The notes: generated from the sequence alone by a model not told the origin. 63,621 nt of DNA, filler included, from Thraustochytrium aureum (GCA_012862495.1; 7 parts of 6 records of this genome joined end to end with filler, not necessarily neighbours in it); one strand, 5' to 3'. Numbered from the whole stretch's first letter, positions 1-10,837 are shown. Numbers and translations are program-made.

Positions 1-1244
1 CTGGAGCTCCTAGTAGAGCAGCCTCTTGCGAGACAAGAACGCAAGCTTTGGCAGGCGCTCTCGTTCGCTTCTTTCAACCGGTTCTCGACTCTCCGTACGA
101 CGCGCTGTCGCTTGATGTCGCTCGCTTTCGCACGCTTTCCAGCAAAGTTTGCTGCGTCGGCTTGCTTGGGCTCGCTTTGGCTTGCGTTCGCTTGCTGTCG
201 CTGCTGCGCTTCGTGGAAGATCCGTGCCCTCCGAGTCCTTCGCCTGCTGCAAAAAGCAGCGAGTGAGGCCTTGCCGGATGCTCTCAGAGCGGGCGGCGGC
301 CGTGAGCAGCACCACTACCTACTCTACTCCTACAGGGAGCGAAAGAATCCCGAGCACGGTGTGCTCTCGCCAACCAACAAAGCTGTGACAGGTGCAAAAG
401 TTGCTGCTGGCTGGCCCTTGCGAAACCGGACCATTGGTAGGCCCTACCAGAACTGACTGCGGGGACTGGGCCCTCGCGCGATAAACTAGATTTTACCGGG
501 CTAGCAAGCGTGCTTCAAAGACCAATGGCAAAGGGGCGATTTGATCCGGGTAGCTTCATCAAGTCCAGGATGACTTTAGTCCGATGTACACCACGCGAGA
601 CGGATTGGAGAGTACAAAGAGCTCGCAGAGATTTTCCGAGTGGAACTGGGTCCACCACGCCCGCCTGTCTGCTGTGCGGACTCGGTGGCAGCGGGTCTGA
701 AACTCGATTCCAGACATCCGCACCGGCCGACGCGCGAGGCCGTCGGCGGCGCCGCCCCTCGCCCGTGGCCCTGCCTCACACATTTTTGATTCAGCAAATG
801 GCTTGCCGGCCACGCACACGCCGTTGAACGAGCTCGATTGGTGGCAGCGCTGAAACTGGGGCGAGCATCTTGGTCAAAAGCACTTCATGCACTTCCTTTC
901 ACCATGATGGCGAGCTCGAGTTGACCGCGACGGCCTTCCTCACACATTCTTCGGAGCATCACCAGAGAGGGAAAACGACCCGCCGGCTCGTACGGTGGGA
1001 GTCACGCCGCTCAGCGGCTTGCTCTGGGTCAACATTTGGATCTACTGTTTGTTACCTAGCTAGCCGAGCTCGGCCCAGTCGGCCATTCACTGGTCGCACC
1101 AGCCAAGCCCAAGTGACACGCCGTGGGCGAGCCCGTCTGCTACACGAGCAAACCCGGAACGGGACAAAAGCGGCTGCCGCACGAACCCGCTGCAGAAACC
1201 CGCTACAGCAAGACTTTCATCATCAGCCAGCATCCAGACGCACG

Positions 1245-4200
1245 ATGCGCGCCGCCGCGCTAGCAACCGCCGCGGCGGGAGCCCTCGCATCCGTGGCTCG
1301 AGGCGACTTTTTGAATGACTACTTCAGCGACAAGACCTTTGGGCCAATCCCTGGGCCATGCGAAGGCCCCACCATCGATGACAGCTGCTTCGGGAGCGCC
1401 AAGGACCTGCCCCCCTCAGTGCAAAATATGGACATCTGCGTCTTCAAGAACCCAGACCGGCTCTGCGGCAAGCTGGGCGACCTTGTTACGGATGGCAAGT
1501 TTTGGATTTGGAACCTGCAGTGCAGCAAAGTCAAGGTCGATGACATAACGCTGAGCCACGACTCGAACGGACCACCCGTCACTCGCGTCGACGGATCCCT
1601 CCAGGTCGACAACTTTAAGCTTTCGTGCACCGGAAACATCCGCATCGAGGACCTAACGATCGGCGAAATTTGCGCTTTCTGTTTGGGCCTCAGGGTCACA
1701 TTCCAGGGCCCTTTCTCCATGGTTCAAGGCCCCCAAGACAGCGGCGTGAGCCTCAAATTGGACGTCGACTTCCTCGCCGCGGCCGGAACCAACCTTGCCA
1801 CTGAGCTCCCCAACGAGGTGCGCATTCCTTACGAGAGCTGCGACATCGAGCCCGAGCTGGGCCTTGCCCTCAAGGCCGACAACAACCAATTCGAGTCCAC
1901 GAGGGTTTGTATCTTGGCTTGCTTCAATGGTGACGCTGCTATCAATGCAATCGGTGCTAACAATTTACTGAGCCTCATCGCCACGATCTCCGAGGGGCTC
2001 CTCGGCGGAGTGGTGTGCCAGCTTCTCGAAGACGCGGCAGTCCTCTCCGATGGGAGCCCCGGCATCCTCAACCTGGTGTGGACCGAAATCAAAGACCAGG
2101 TCGACCTGTGGGCGCTCAGCAAGGGCCAGAACGTCGTCTTCGCCGACTCGGACGCCTACCTCCTCGGCGACTCCAAGATCTACTCGGGCCTCACTGAGGA
2201 AGAGCTGGCAAGCGCCACCGACTTCAGCACAAGCACCGTGGCAGAAATCATCTCGGTGGCCCTCAACGGTTGGCTCGGCGCGACCAGCACCTCGCCCGGA
2301 TACGAGGGCAAGCTCGTGGTCAACGAGCTTATCGACCGGATCACCGAGCCCAAGGGCGAGTTTTTCATCGACCTCGTCGAGATTGGCAGCACCCTGGAGG
2401 TCGAGATTCCGCTCAGCATCACCCTTCTCACGGCGCGCCTCAACAAGGTTTCGCTCAAGGGCCTCAACACCATCAACACGTTCCAGATTCTCGACAACGC
2501 GTTCGGCCCCGACGCTCCGCCCTCGGCACAGCGGCTGAAGCGGACCTTCAACAACAGCGTCGGCCTCAACGACCTGACGCTCGAGGTTGAGGCCTTCTTT
2601 CGCTTCGAGAAGGGCGAGTGGGTCACAGCGGGCAATGCGATTAGCGAATTCACATTTACGCTCGGGCTGAGCGTGGCCGACCTTTTCTTTGACGCCTCCT
2701 CGCTCATCGTCGCCAACGCCGGCGAGCTGGACAACCTGCAGATGGGCCAGCTGCTCGACATCGACCTCTCCACCGAGCCGCTTGGCGCCTTGTCCAACGC
2801 GCTCGTGTGCCTCTCCCCCATGTTTTACGTGTTCAACTTCACCAACCTCGAGGCCAGCGTCGGGCCGCTCACCAACCCGCGCCTTGTCAACTTTGACGGG
2901 TCTGGCCTGAGCGAGCTCATCACGTCCGCGATCGAGTACGGCGCCGACCTGGCGACCGGCGCGCTGCAGTACAAGTTCCCGGGGATCGCCAACGGGCCCA
3001 TCCGCGAGACGATCAACGAGGTGTTGCTCGAGAACGTGACTACTCCGGGGCGCGCGGGCACCCAGGAGTGCAAGCCGTGGACTGCGCCCGTCAACCCGCC
3101 CAACCTCCAGGTCGACTTTGATGCGGGCTACTTCCAGCCCGTTTACACACTCATCAACGAGGGCATTGGCGGGGAGCGGATCGCCAACACCGACGTCGAC
3201 ATCAACGAGCTCGCCGAGACTGTGCTCAAGTACTATGAGGCCAAGCTTGGCGCCGATTTCCCCCTCGTGAGCCAGCCCGCCCAGGGCTCCTGGGTCCTCG
3301 CCGAACCCTACCAGGGCGCCTTTAAGGTCTCAAAGTTCCAGAACCCGGCCGAGTTCGTGCAGTTCACCGATCTGCGTTTCGACGGCCTCAACACGATCTA
3401 CAAGCTTGTCATCGACTCTGTACCCGAGGGGCTCCGCATCGCCTTTGGCCTCGGCGGCCAGCTCGCAGACCCGGCCACCGGCAACCCGCTTCCAATCACG
3501 CCCGTGTTCGTCTCTGGCAAGCTCATCGTCGACGTAGGCAGCCAGGGCGTCTACGAGGAGGCCATCTTCAGGCTCGAGCTCAACCAACTGGACTTTAACG
3601 CTGTCCTCGGCACGCTCACGGTCCTCCCCGAGTTCCTCTACTCGCTTTACTTTAACCAGCTCGACCGTGTTCCCTGCCTGCTCTCGGTCGTGCGGGCCAT
3701 CAACTTTCCTGAGGGCTCGCGCTCTGCAGCAGTCGACACGCTGGGCTTCACTCTCGTGCACAAACCCAGCACCTCGCCGGTCGACGCGCCAATCCGTGTG
3801 GCGCTGGAGACGCTCGCGCTCGAGACCCCGGACGTGCGCTTTCAGGCCCTCATCAGCACCCTGCTCGACATCGGATTCGGTGCCGCGCTAGATCGTGTGC
3901 AGCAAGTGCCGGCCACCTACGCCGACCTCACGCCGATCACCTGCCTCGACATGGAGAGCCCGCTCAGCAGCATCACCGACCTTCTCGGCCTCCAGTTCCC
4001 CAACCTGACGGCCATCAGCGAGCAGTGCCTCGCCGACATTCCCGTTTTCCCCGCGGTCGAGGTGGACGAAGAGCGCGTCTTCAAGGGCCGGTCGCTGCCA
4101 GAGATCGTCAACTTTAAGGAGTCGGACGCCATCGGCATCGTCCGCGACGCCCTCGAGCTGGCCAAGGGCCAGGCGCTCCAAGACATCCTCTTCGCGCTTG

Positions 4201-7200
4201 CCAACAGCACCGGCAACGCCTTCGTGGACCTCTTCGAGCTCGAGCCCGGCGACAACACAACGGTGACCCTGGTCCTGCCGCTCGAGATTCTCGGCCTTCG
4301 CGCCGACTACCGCGACAACGAGCCCCCGTTTGTGATCGACGCCGGCGTGCTGCGGCTCAAGGGCCTCAACCGCCTCACAGACACCTACAAGCTGCTCGAC
4401 CCGATCGGCGTGCTCACCACCCGCCACACCTTCACCTTTGACGAGACCACTCCGCTCGACATTGAGATCCGCGGCTTCATCGAGCTCGACGGCGCTGCTG
4501 CCGGCGAGGCCGCCGGCTCGGTGATCCGCGAGGAGCTCAACCTCGACATGACCGTCCAGGGCTTTAGCTTGGTGGCCGAGACCGTGGTCGGGATCAACTC
4601 GACCGCTTTGGTGAGCAAGTCGGTGGCCCACTTTTTGGCCGTGGGAGCGGACCAGAGCGTGGGGCTCGCCGACCACTGGTTTGACTGCATGCTCGACAGC
4701 ACCTACGAGGACGGTGCCTACCTGCGGAGCCTGCAGATCAGGGTCACTGATCTGCAGGGGCCCACGTTTACCACGGGCAACGAGATCATCTCCCCCGGGT
4801 TGGAGCTCGCAATCGCCGCCGTGGTCGACATTATCACCGACTTTTACCTCGACGCCATTGAGAACGCGGGCCAGAACTGCGTGCGCGACTATATCAACAC
4901 CTTCCTGGCAGAGAGCTGGACTCGCGCCACCAAGGCCGGCGGCTGCCCTGCGCTCCAAGACATCGACAAGCCAAAGCTGACCGGGCGCGACCAGATCTTG
5001 CGGTTCAGCACCAGCGGGGCGCTGCTCTCCTTCCAAGAGTGGTTCCGCGACAATGTCGTTTCAACCGACTATAGCGTGGTCAACGTTGTCGTGGACGCCG
5101 CGATCAATAACAAGGTCTTCCTGGAGAAGTCGGAGGGCAAGAGCGGTGGCTTCGGATTCACCCTCCCGCTCATCTACAACAACGTCAACTACGGCGAGGT
5201 TGAGGCCGAGATCAGCAATGTAATTGTCGACGGCTTGGACACCTTCACAGACGCGCGCCTCGCTGTCCCTTACGGCAACAATGGCGACCTGCTCTTCCCG
5301 CCCTCGGCGAGCAGCCGCCGCCTCAGCCAGGCCAACCCGAGCCTGCCCTCTTCGGCAGCGCACCGCGCGCGGCTCCTCGAGATTGCCGACCCAGCCAAGG
5401 ACGCCCAGTACACTACCTTGACCCAGTTTTCGTTGAACGGCCCTGTGCAAGTGACGGCGGACATCCTCTTCAACGCCGAGAACCTCTTCGAAGAGATCCC
5501 CAGCATGGAGAACAACCTCCGCGTCACGCTCGGCGTCGACAATATCAACTTTGGCCTCCAGCTGCTCCTCGAGGTCAACCTTACCCAGCTCATGGAGGTG
5601 CGCATCAACAGCCTCACGTCGCTGCAAGAGATCCCCTGCGCTCTTGTCCCTGTGGACCGCCTCGAGCCGCTAGACTTCAACCTGACAACGTCGAAGATCG
5701 ACTTCAAGGCGACCTGCATTGGCACCTGCGACCTGCCCTTCTTCAAGGAGCTGGAGAACGGTGGCTCGCTGAACAACGAGAACGGGGCTGTGATCTCGGA
5801 CCTGTTCGACGACCTAATCGAGTACGTTAACGCCCTCGCCGTCTCGCGCGGGGCGCAAGGCGCTATCGACGCAGCGATCGCCACCGCCAACCGCGAGTGC
5901 GACGAGCTGCTTGGCCTCATCGAAAGTGCGCTCGACTTTGCCGAGACGGAGAAGGTCAACGTCGCCCAGCTCTTCCTGTACATCTTTCTCGGGGGCGCAG
6001 CGCTCGGCGGCATCGGGTCTGTCTTCCTGTTTCCTCTGCACAAGAAGCGCCGCGCGGAGGCGATGGCCAACGCGCTCAGCGCGCTTCAGTCCGCTGCCGA
6101 GGAGGACGACCAGGCGGCAGGCAAGATGGCGCTGCACGAGCTGAGCGTGAAATCGATTTTCCAGCACCCGATCACGCCCGTCATGGCCAAGTACATTGTG
6201 CCTGTTGTGTTGGTGCTCAATGTCGCCGCGCTCGTTGTGGCCATTGTGTTTTCCGAGGCCGCCAACATCATCATCGTCACTACGGTGCTCGGGGCGAGCA
6301 CCAAGCCCATCACCCTTGTCCCGTTCACCTTGGCGAGCACGATCAACGATATTTGGAACTCGGGGGCGTGGCCGCTCTCGCTGCTCATCGTCGTGGCTTC
6401 CTGCGCGTGGCCCGTGATCAAAAACCTGATTCTGCTGATTCTCTGGTTCACCCCGAGCACCCTGGTCGGGCCCGAGCGGCGCTACAACCTGCTCGAGCTG
6501 CTCGACATCTTGGGCAAGTGGTCGTTCCTCGACGTGTACGTGATCGTGCTCACCCTCGCCGGCCTCCGCACCTACGTGGTTGGCGCCTTCTGGGCGCAGC
6601 TCAGCTTCCTCGAGGACGAGGTCTTCATCGTGGACGTAAACGTGACACCAGAGCAAGGCATCATCCTGCTCTGCTTTGTGGCCGCCTCGTCGCTCGTCAT
6701 CAATCACGTGATCATCTACTATCACCAACGCGTCAAAGAGAGCAACCGCCGCAGCGAGGACCTCGTCATGGGCAACGCGCTCGCCAACTCGACCAAGATC
6801 CCGGCCCGCGCGGCTCTCCTCCGCAGCGTCGCCAAGCACGTCTTCGCAGGCCGCACAACCTCTGGCCAAGTGCGGTCTGTTTCGCCCATCGCGCGCACGG
6901 TGATCGTCATCGCTCTCGTCGCCGCGCTCGGCCTCATCGTCGTTGGTATTGCGGTGCCGATCATCTCGTTCGAGTTTGACGGGCTCGTGGGCCTCCTGCT
7001 GGAGGTTATCTCCGAAGACAGCACCCGCGTCGACACCCCGCTGCAGACCAAGATGTACTCGATTCTTAGCATGGGAGCCGCCCTTGGCGAGAGCCCGGTG
7101 TACACCCCGCTCGACTCTGTGGTGCTGATCTTTTTCAAGATTCTCTTCGCCATCTCGGTCTACGTGGCACCGATGGTACAGATCTTCTGCCTGCTCGCGC

Positions 7201-7946
7201 TGCTCTTGGTCCCCATGCGGCTGGGCACTGCCCGCACGCTCTTCTTCTGGACCAAGATCAGCAGCTACTGGAGCGCGCTCGACGTCTTCATCATCTCGCT
7301 GCTCGCCACCGTCCTCGAGATCCAGGTCGTCACGCAGTTCATCGTCGACTTCATCACCAACGAGGTCTGTACTAACGTGCAGGCCGCCATCGCCATCGTG
7401 GTTGAAAACCCTGACCAGGACGCCTTCTGCCTCAACGTGGTCGCCAACCTGGAAACGACTGCCCTCGTCGTCATCACCGGGCTCATCCTCCAACTCGTCT
7501 GCTTTTGGTTTGTCACCACACTCAGCGCCGCCGTGATCGACGACCGCTACTACAACGCCTACAAGGACCTGCGCAAGGACGTCCACCCGCGTCGTCTGGG
7601 CCGCCTCTCCAAGGCTACGCTGCGCCTCGTCACACGTACAGTTGCAGTTGACGAAAGCAACATTCGCGATGCGAACGAGGTCGCCGGTGTGCTCTTTGAC
7701 ACCGAGCTGGACGACCCTGCGAATGACCCCATCGATGCCCCGACCTGCTTTTCCTGCTGCTCCTCCTCGGGGCCTTCCAGCGGCCAAATGGAGGCGAACG
7801 CGCGCATCCGGGCGTGGCAGAACAAGTTTGGCGTCCAAGACGACGGCGCCATGCCGCAAGCGACGCGCCGCGAGTCACCGAACCCGGCGTTCTCGTCGAG
7901 GCGCGTCTCCGTGCACACTGATGTCACGGACGATGTCGAGGTCTAA
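1245..7946 (+). CDS. Giant (~2233 aa) membrane protein: signal peptide, BPI/TULIP-like domain, four ~300-aa ectodomain repeats, TM anchor and two PqiA/LetA-like membrane domains
   Basis: Intronless ORF. ATG at 1245 gives a signal-like MRAAALATAAAGALASVARG. PqiA-type motifs: INDIWNSGAWPLSLLIVVASCAWPVIK...LDILGKWSFLDVYVIVL and YVAPMVQI...SYWSALDVFIISL. A repeated GL[ND] motif occurs at ~2460, ~3384, ~4362 and ~5232. Confidence 0.85.
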   Translation: MRAAALATAAAGALASVARGDFLNDYFSDKTFGPIPGPCEGPTIDDSCFGSAKDLPPSVQNMDICVFKNPDRLCGKLGDLVTDGKFWIWNLQCSKVKVDDITLSHDSNGPPVTRVDGSLQVDNFKLSCTGNIRIEDLTIGEICAFCLGLRVTFQGPFSMVQGPQDSGVSLKLDVDFLAAAGTNLATELPNEVRIPYESCDIEPELGLALKADNNQFESTRVCILACFNGDAAINAIGANNLLSLIATISEGLLGGVVCQLLEDAAVLSDGSPGILNLVWTEIKDQVDLWALSKGQNVVFADSDAYLLGDSKIYSGLTEEELASATDFSTSTVAEIISVALNGWLGATSTSPGYEGKLVVNELIDRITEPKGEFFIDLVEIGSTLEVEIPLSITLLTARLNKVSLKGLNTINTFQILDNAFGPDAPPSAQRLKRTFNNSVGLNDLTLEVEAFFRFEKGEWVTAGNAISEFTFTLGLSVADLFFDASSLIVANAGELDNLQMGQLLDIDLSTEPLGALSNALVCLSPMFYVFNFTNLEASVGPLTNPRLVNFDGSGLSELITSAIEYGADLATGALQYKFPGIANGPIRETINEVLLENVTTPGRAGTQECKPWTAPVNPPNLQVDFDAGYFQPVYTLINEGIGGERIANTDVDINELAETVLKYYEAKLGADFPLVSQPAQGSWVLAEPYQGAFKVSKFQNPAEFVQFTDLRFDGLNTIYKLVIDSVPEGLRIAFGLGGQLADPATGNPLPITPVFVSGKLIVDVGSQGVYEEAIFRLELNQLDFNAVLGTLTVLPEFLYSLYFNQLDRVPCLLSVVRAINFPEGSRSAAVDTLGFTLVHKPSTSPVDAPIRVALETLALETPDVRFQALISTLLDIGFGAALDRVQQVPATYADLTPITCLDMESPLSSITDLLGLQFPNLTAISEQCLADIPVFPAVEVDEERVFKGRSLPEIVNFKESDAIGIVRDALELAKGQALQDILFALANSTGNAFVDLFELEPGDNTTVTLVLPLEILGLRADYRDNEPPFVIDAGVLRLKGLNRLTDTYKLLDPIGVLTTRHTFTFDETTPLDIEIRGFIELDGAAAGEAAGSVIREELNLDMTVQGFSLVAETVVGINSTALVSKSVAHFLAVGADQSVGLADHWFDCMLDSTYEDGAYLRSLQIRVTDLQGPTFTTGNEIISPGLELAIAAVVDIITDFYLDAIENAGQNCVRDYINTFLAESWTRATKAGGCPALQDIDKPKLTGRDQILRFSTSGALLSFQEWFRDNVVSTDYSVVNVVVDAAINNKVFLEKSEGKSGGFGFTLPLIYNNVNYGEVEAEISNVIVDGLDTFTDARLAVPYGNNGDLLFPPSASSRRLSQANPSLPSSAAHRARLLEIADPAKDAQYTTLTQFSLNGPVQVTADILFNAENLFEEIPSMENNLRVTLGVDNINFGLQLLLEVNLTQLMEVRINSLTSLQEIPCALVPVDRLEPLDFNLTTSKIDFKATCIGTCDLPFFKELENGGSLNNENGAVISDLFDDLIEYVNALAVSRGAQGAIDAAIATANRECDELLGLIESALDFAETEKVNVAQLFLYIFLGGAALGGIGSVFLFPLHKKRRAEAMANALSALQSAAEEDDQAAGKMALHELSVKSIFQHPITPVMAKYIVPVVLVLNVAALVVAIVFSEAANIIIVTTVLGASTKPITLVPFTLASTINDIWNSGAWPLSLLIVVASCAWPVIKNLILLILWFTPSTLVGPERRYNLLELLDILGKWSFLDVYVIVLTLAGLRTYVVGAFWAQLSFLEDEVFIVDVNVTPEQGIILLCFVAASSLVINHVIIYYHQRVKESNRRSEDLVMGNALANSTKIPARAALLRSVAKHVFAGRTTSGQVRSVSPIARTVIVIALVAALGLIVVGIAVPIISFEFDGLVGLLLEVISEDSTRVDTPLQTKMYSILSMGAALGESPVYTPLDSVVLIFFKILFAISVYVAPMVQIFCLLALLLVPMRLGTARTLFFWTKISSYWSALDVFIISLLATVLEIQVVTQFIVDFITNEVCTNVQAAIAIVVENPDQDAFCLNVVANLETTALVVITGLILQLVCFWFVTTLSAAVIDDRYYNAYKDLRKDVHPRRLGRLSKATLRLVTRTVAVDESNIRDANEVAGVLFDTELDDPANDPIDAPTCFSCCSSSGPSSGQMEANARIRAWQNKFGVQDDGAMPQATRRESPNPAFSSRRVSVHTDVTDDVEV

Positions 7947-8540
7947 TGTCGAGCGAGGTCTAGAGCTCTGGAGACGATCGATCGATCGATCGATCGATGC
8001 ATTGCCGGGGCTTGGCGAGTCGAAAGCCGGTGGCCACTTGGCTCGGGAGATGAAAAATCGCATGTTTTGTTTTGTTTTGTTTTGTTTTGATTGATTCGCC
8101 AAGAGCTCTGCTCTGCAGTCGCCGACTCTCATGCGGCAGGCCGAGGCCTCGACAAGCGAAGAGTATTGGCCAACTCGTGCTCGAGGACCGGAACTCACTG
8201 TGACTCACGCCGGGCGAGCAGCGAAGAGATCGTCCGATCTATCGTGGAGTTCTTTCCAGTTGTCCGATCATGTCCTGTGGTCCAAGTGGCTGGCAGGCAT
8301 GATCAGCATGCGTGGGCGCTCGATAGGACTGGTGATGAGGCAATCCGTGCTGGCTGAGACCTGTGCGCCTTGGCCGACGCGATTCATCAGAGCCGTCTGC
8401 AAGCAGTATCTCTCCGAGTCGTGATCATTCCGGCTGTGCGGGTCAACGATCGTGGCACTCCACCTACCAGAACACGAACGAGCAATTTGATTCGCACGTC
8501 AGAGCAGCGAGCTTCCGAGCAAGGCAGGCGAGACGGCACG

Positions 8541-8818
8541 ATGGCGGCGCTCAGGCTGCGCACGACGTTCACCGAGGAGTTTGGCATTGAGCACCCAATC
8601 ATGTGCGGGGGCATGCACTACGTGACGTACGCGCCACTGGCTGCGGCTGTGAGCAACGCCGGCGCTCTCGGCTTCATCACAGCCATCACGCAGCCGAGCC
8701 CAGAGGACCTGCGCAAAGAGATCCGCAAGGCGCGCGAGCTGACCAGCAAGCCGCTAGGCGTAAACATCTCGTTCCTCCCCGCCGCCTCCCCGCCAGACTA
8801 CGAGGCGTACATCAAGGT
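8541..8818 (+). CDS. Nitronate monooxygenase / 2-nitropropane dioxygenase family, N-terminal part (rest in N gap)
   Basis: LRTTFTEEFGIEHPIMCGGMHYV...LAAAVSNAGALGFITA...LRKEIRKARELTSKPLGVNISF is the typical NMO N-terminus. Confidence 0.9.
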
Positions 8819-9552
8819 NNNNNNNNNNNNNNNNNNNNNNNNNNNNNNNNNNNNNNNNNNNNNNNNNNNNNNNNNNNNNNNNNNNNNNNNNNNNNNNNNN
8901 NNNNNNNNNNNNNNNNNNNNNNNNNNNNNNNNNNNNNNNNNNNNNNNNNNNNNNNNNNNNNNNNNNNNNNNNNNNNNNNNNNNNNNNNNNNNNNNNNNNN
9001 NNNNNNNNNNNNNNNNNNNNNNNNNNNNNNNNNNNNNNNNNNNNNNNNNNNNNNNNNNNNNNNNNNNNNNNNNNNNNNNNNNNNNNNNNNNNNNNNNNNN
9101 NNNNNNNNNNNNNNNNNNNNNNNNNNNNNNNNNNNNNNNNNNNNNNNNNNNNNNNNNNNNNNNNNNNNNNNNNNNNNNNNNNNNNNNNNNNNNNNNNNNN
9201 NNNNNNNNNNNNNNNNNNNNNNNNNNNNNNNNNNNNNNNNNNNNNNNNNNNNNNNNNNNNNNNNNNNNNNNNNNNNNNNNNNNNNNNNNNNNNNNNNNNN
9301 NNNNNNNNNNNNNNNNNNNNNNNNTGAACAAGAAAAACAAGCCGGGCCCAGCCAAACTCTGTCATGCACGTCTCACCGCGGGGCACGTGCTCCAAGACTT
9401 GGCCGTCAGCGCTGGGCTGGGTTTCGAGGCATTCGTTGCGCAGCCATCGCCCACAAACTCTCTCTACTAGCTACTTGCTCTACTTGTGGCTCTCTGTAGA
9501 CTAGCTAGCTACTAGCTACTAGAGAGAGCTTGCCTTGTGTCGCACGCTGCTT

Positions 9553-9609
9553 CAAAACCCGTCTGACCCCAAACGAGGCGTGGTCGCAAAACCCGTCTGA
9601 CCCCAAACG
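9553..9609. repeat. Perfect 23-bp direct repeat (CAAAACCCGTCTGACCCCAAACG) x2 with an 11-bp spacer
   Basis: Copies at 9553-9575 and 9587-9609, read directly from the sequence. Confidence 0.9.
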
Positions 9610-9964
9610 GAGCGCCGAGTCCCAGCAACGCTTTCACCGTGTTATGTTCTTGTCGTCGGAATTCGCCATGCTTGAAACCGTTACCCGCTTGACTTTCATC
9701 TCTGCAGAGTAGTGTGCGCCATGCCATTTTCAAGGAGCAACACGATCCCAGTGCTCACTCGCGGACTCATCAGCAACAAGGCGATGAATCCGCGAGACAA
9801 GCGATCATCGATCGCAGGCTGCTGAGCAACAGAACCCCAACAAGCCAGCCAGCCAGCCAGCCAGCAAGCGAGCACTCTGAACAAGCAAGCCAGCCAGCAA
9901 GCGAGCAAGCAATTTGAACAAGTGTGCCAGGACTGCAACAGAGAAACAAGCACAGAAGACAGCA

Positions 9965-10837
9965 ATGGCATCCAAGACAGTCGCCATCACTGGGGCCAGC
10001 AGCGGGTTCGGCGAGAGCGCAGTAAAGTGCTTTGCCGACAATGGCTATCGTGTCTGGGGCACCATGCGGGACACGGACGGGCGGAACGCAGCCAAGAAGG
10101 CCGCACTCGAAGCGTACTCGGAAAAGATATCCATAGTCGAGGTGGACGTGACAGACGATGCATCAGTTGCAAAGGGGTTTGCTGAGATCCTGGATAACGG
10201 GCCTATTGATGTTCTGATCAACAACGCGGGCATCATGCACATCGGCATCACCGAGGCCTTCAGCGTCGCCCAGGCGCAAGAGCAGATGGACACCAACTAC
10301 CTTGGCGTCATCAGGACTTCGCAGGCCGTTTTGCCAGCGATGCGCAAGGCGGGCAGTGGCCTGATCATCAACTGCAGCTCAATCGTTGGCCGGATCTCCC
10401 CACCGTTCTTTGCGACCTACACCGCCACGAAGCACGCCCTGGAAGGCTACTCGCAAGGCTTGCGCTATGAGGTGGCGAACTTTGGCGTAGACATCGCCCT
10501 CGTGGAGCCTGGTCCCTTTCACACTGGCCTTCTCGGGGGAAGCCAGCCGCCCGCCCTCGACCACGTGCTCGAGTCGTACGGCGAGCTAGCGAACGTCCCT
10601 CCCACTATGGGAGCGCAGTTTGCGCAGTTTCTGCAGACGGAGCAAGCTCCCAAGGCCCAGCTGGTGATCGACGCCTACCTTGCCTTGGCCGAAATGCCTG
10701 CTGGTAAGCGCCCGACCCGCACTGTCGTGGGCACAACCTGGGGCGTGGATGAAATGAACCGCCTCACCCAGCCCATCCAGGACAAAATCCTCGACGAGCT
10801 GCAAATCGGGGGCGTTCTGGGCGGAGCCTCTACCTGA
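9965..10837 (+). CDS. Classical short-chain dehydrogenase/reductase (SDR)
   Basis: ATG 9965, TGASSGFG Rossmann motif, LINNAG, catalytic YTATK, VEPGPF; intronless. Confidence 0.95.
   Translation: MASKTVAITGASSGFGESAVKCFADNGYRVWGTMRDTDGRNAAKKAALEAYSEKISIVEVDVTDDASVAKGFAEILDNGPIDVLINNAGIMHIGITEAFSVAQAQEQMDTNYLGVIRTSQAVLPAMRKAGSGLIINCSSIVGRISPPFFATYTATKHALEGYSQGLRYEVANFGVDIALVEPGPFHTGLLGGSQPPALDHVLESYGELANVPPTMGAQFAQFLQTEQAPKAQLVIDAYLALAEMPAGKRPTRTVVGTTWGVDEMNRLTQPIQDKILDELQIGGVLGGAST

Noticed and set aside
870..1244. N-terminal 125 aa of the 2358-aa ORF
   Set aside because: Non-ATG start and non-coding-like composition. ATG 1245 gives a proper signal peptide.
3888..7859. Long antisense ORFs (e.g. 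5814-7859, 54220-55953, 59043-61592) as overlapping genes
   Set aside because: Shadow ORFs expected from high GC3 codon bias opposite real genes, with no recognisable motifs.
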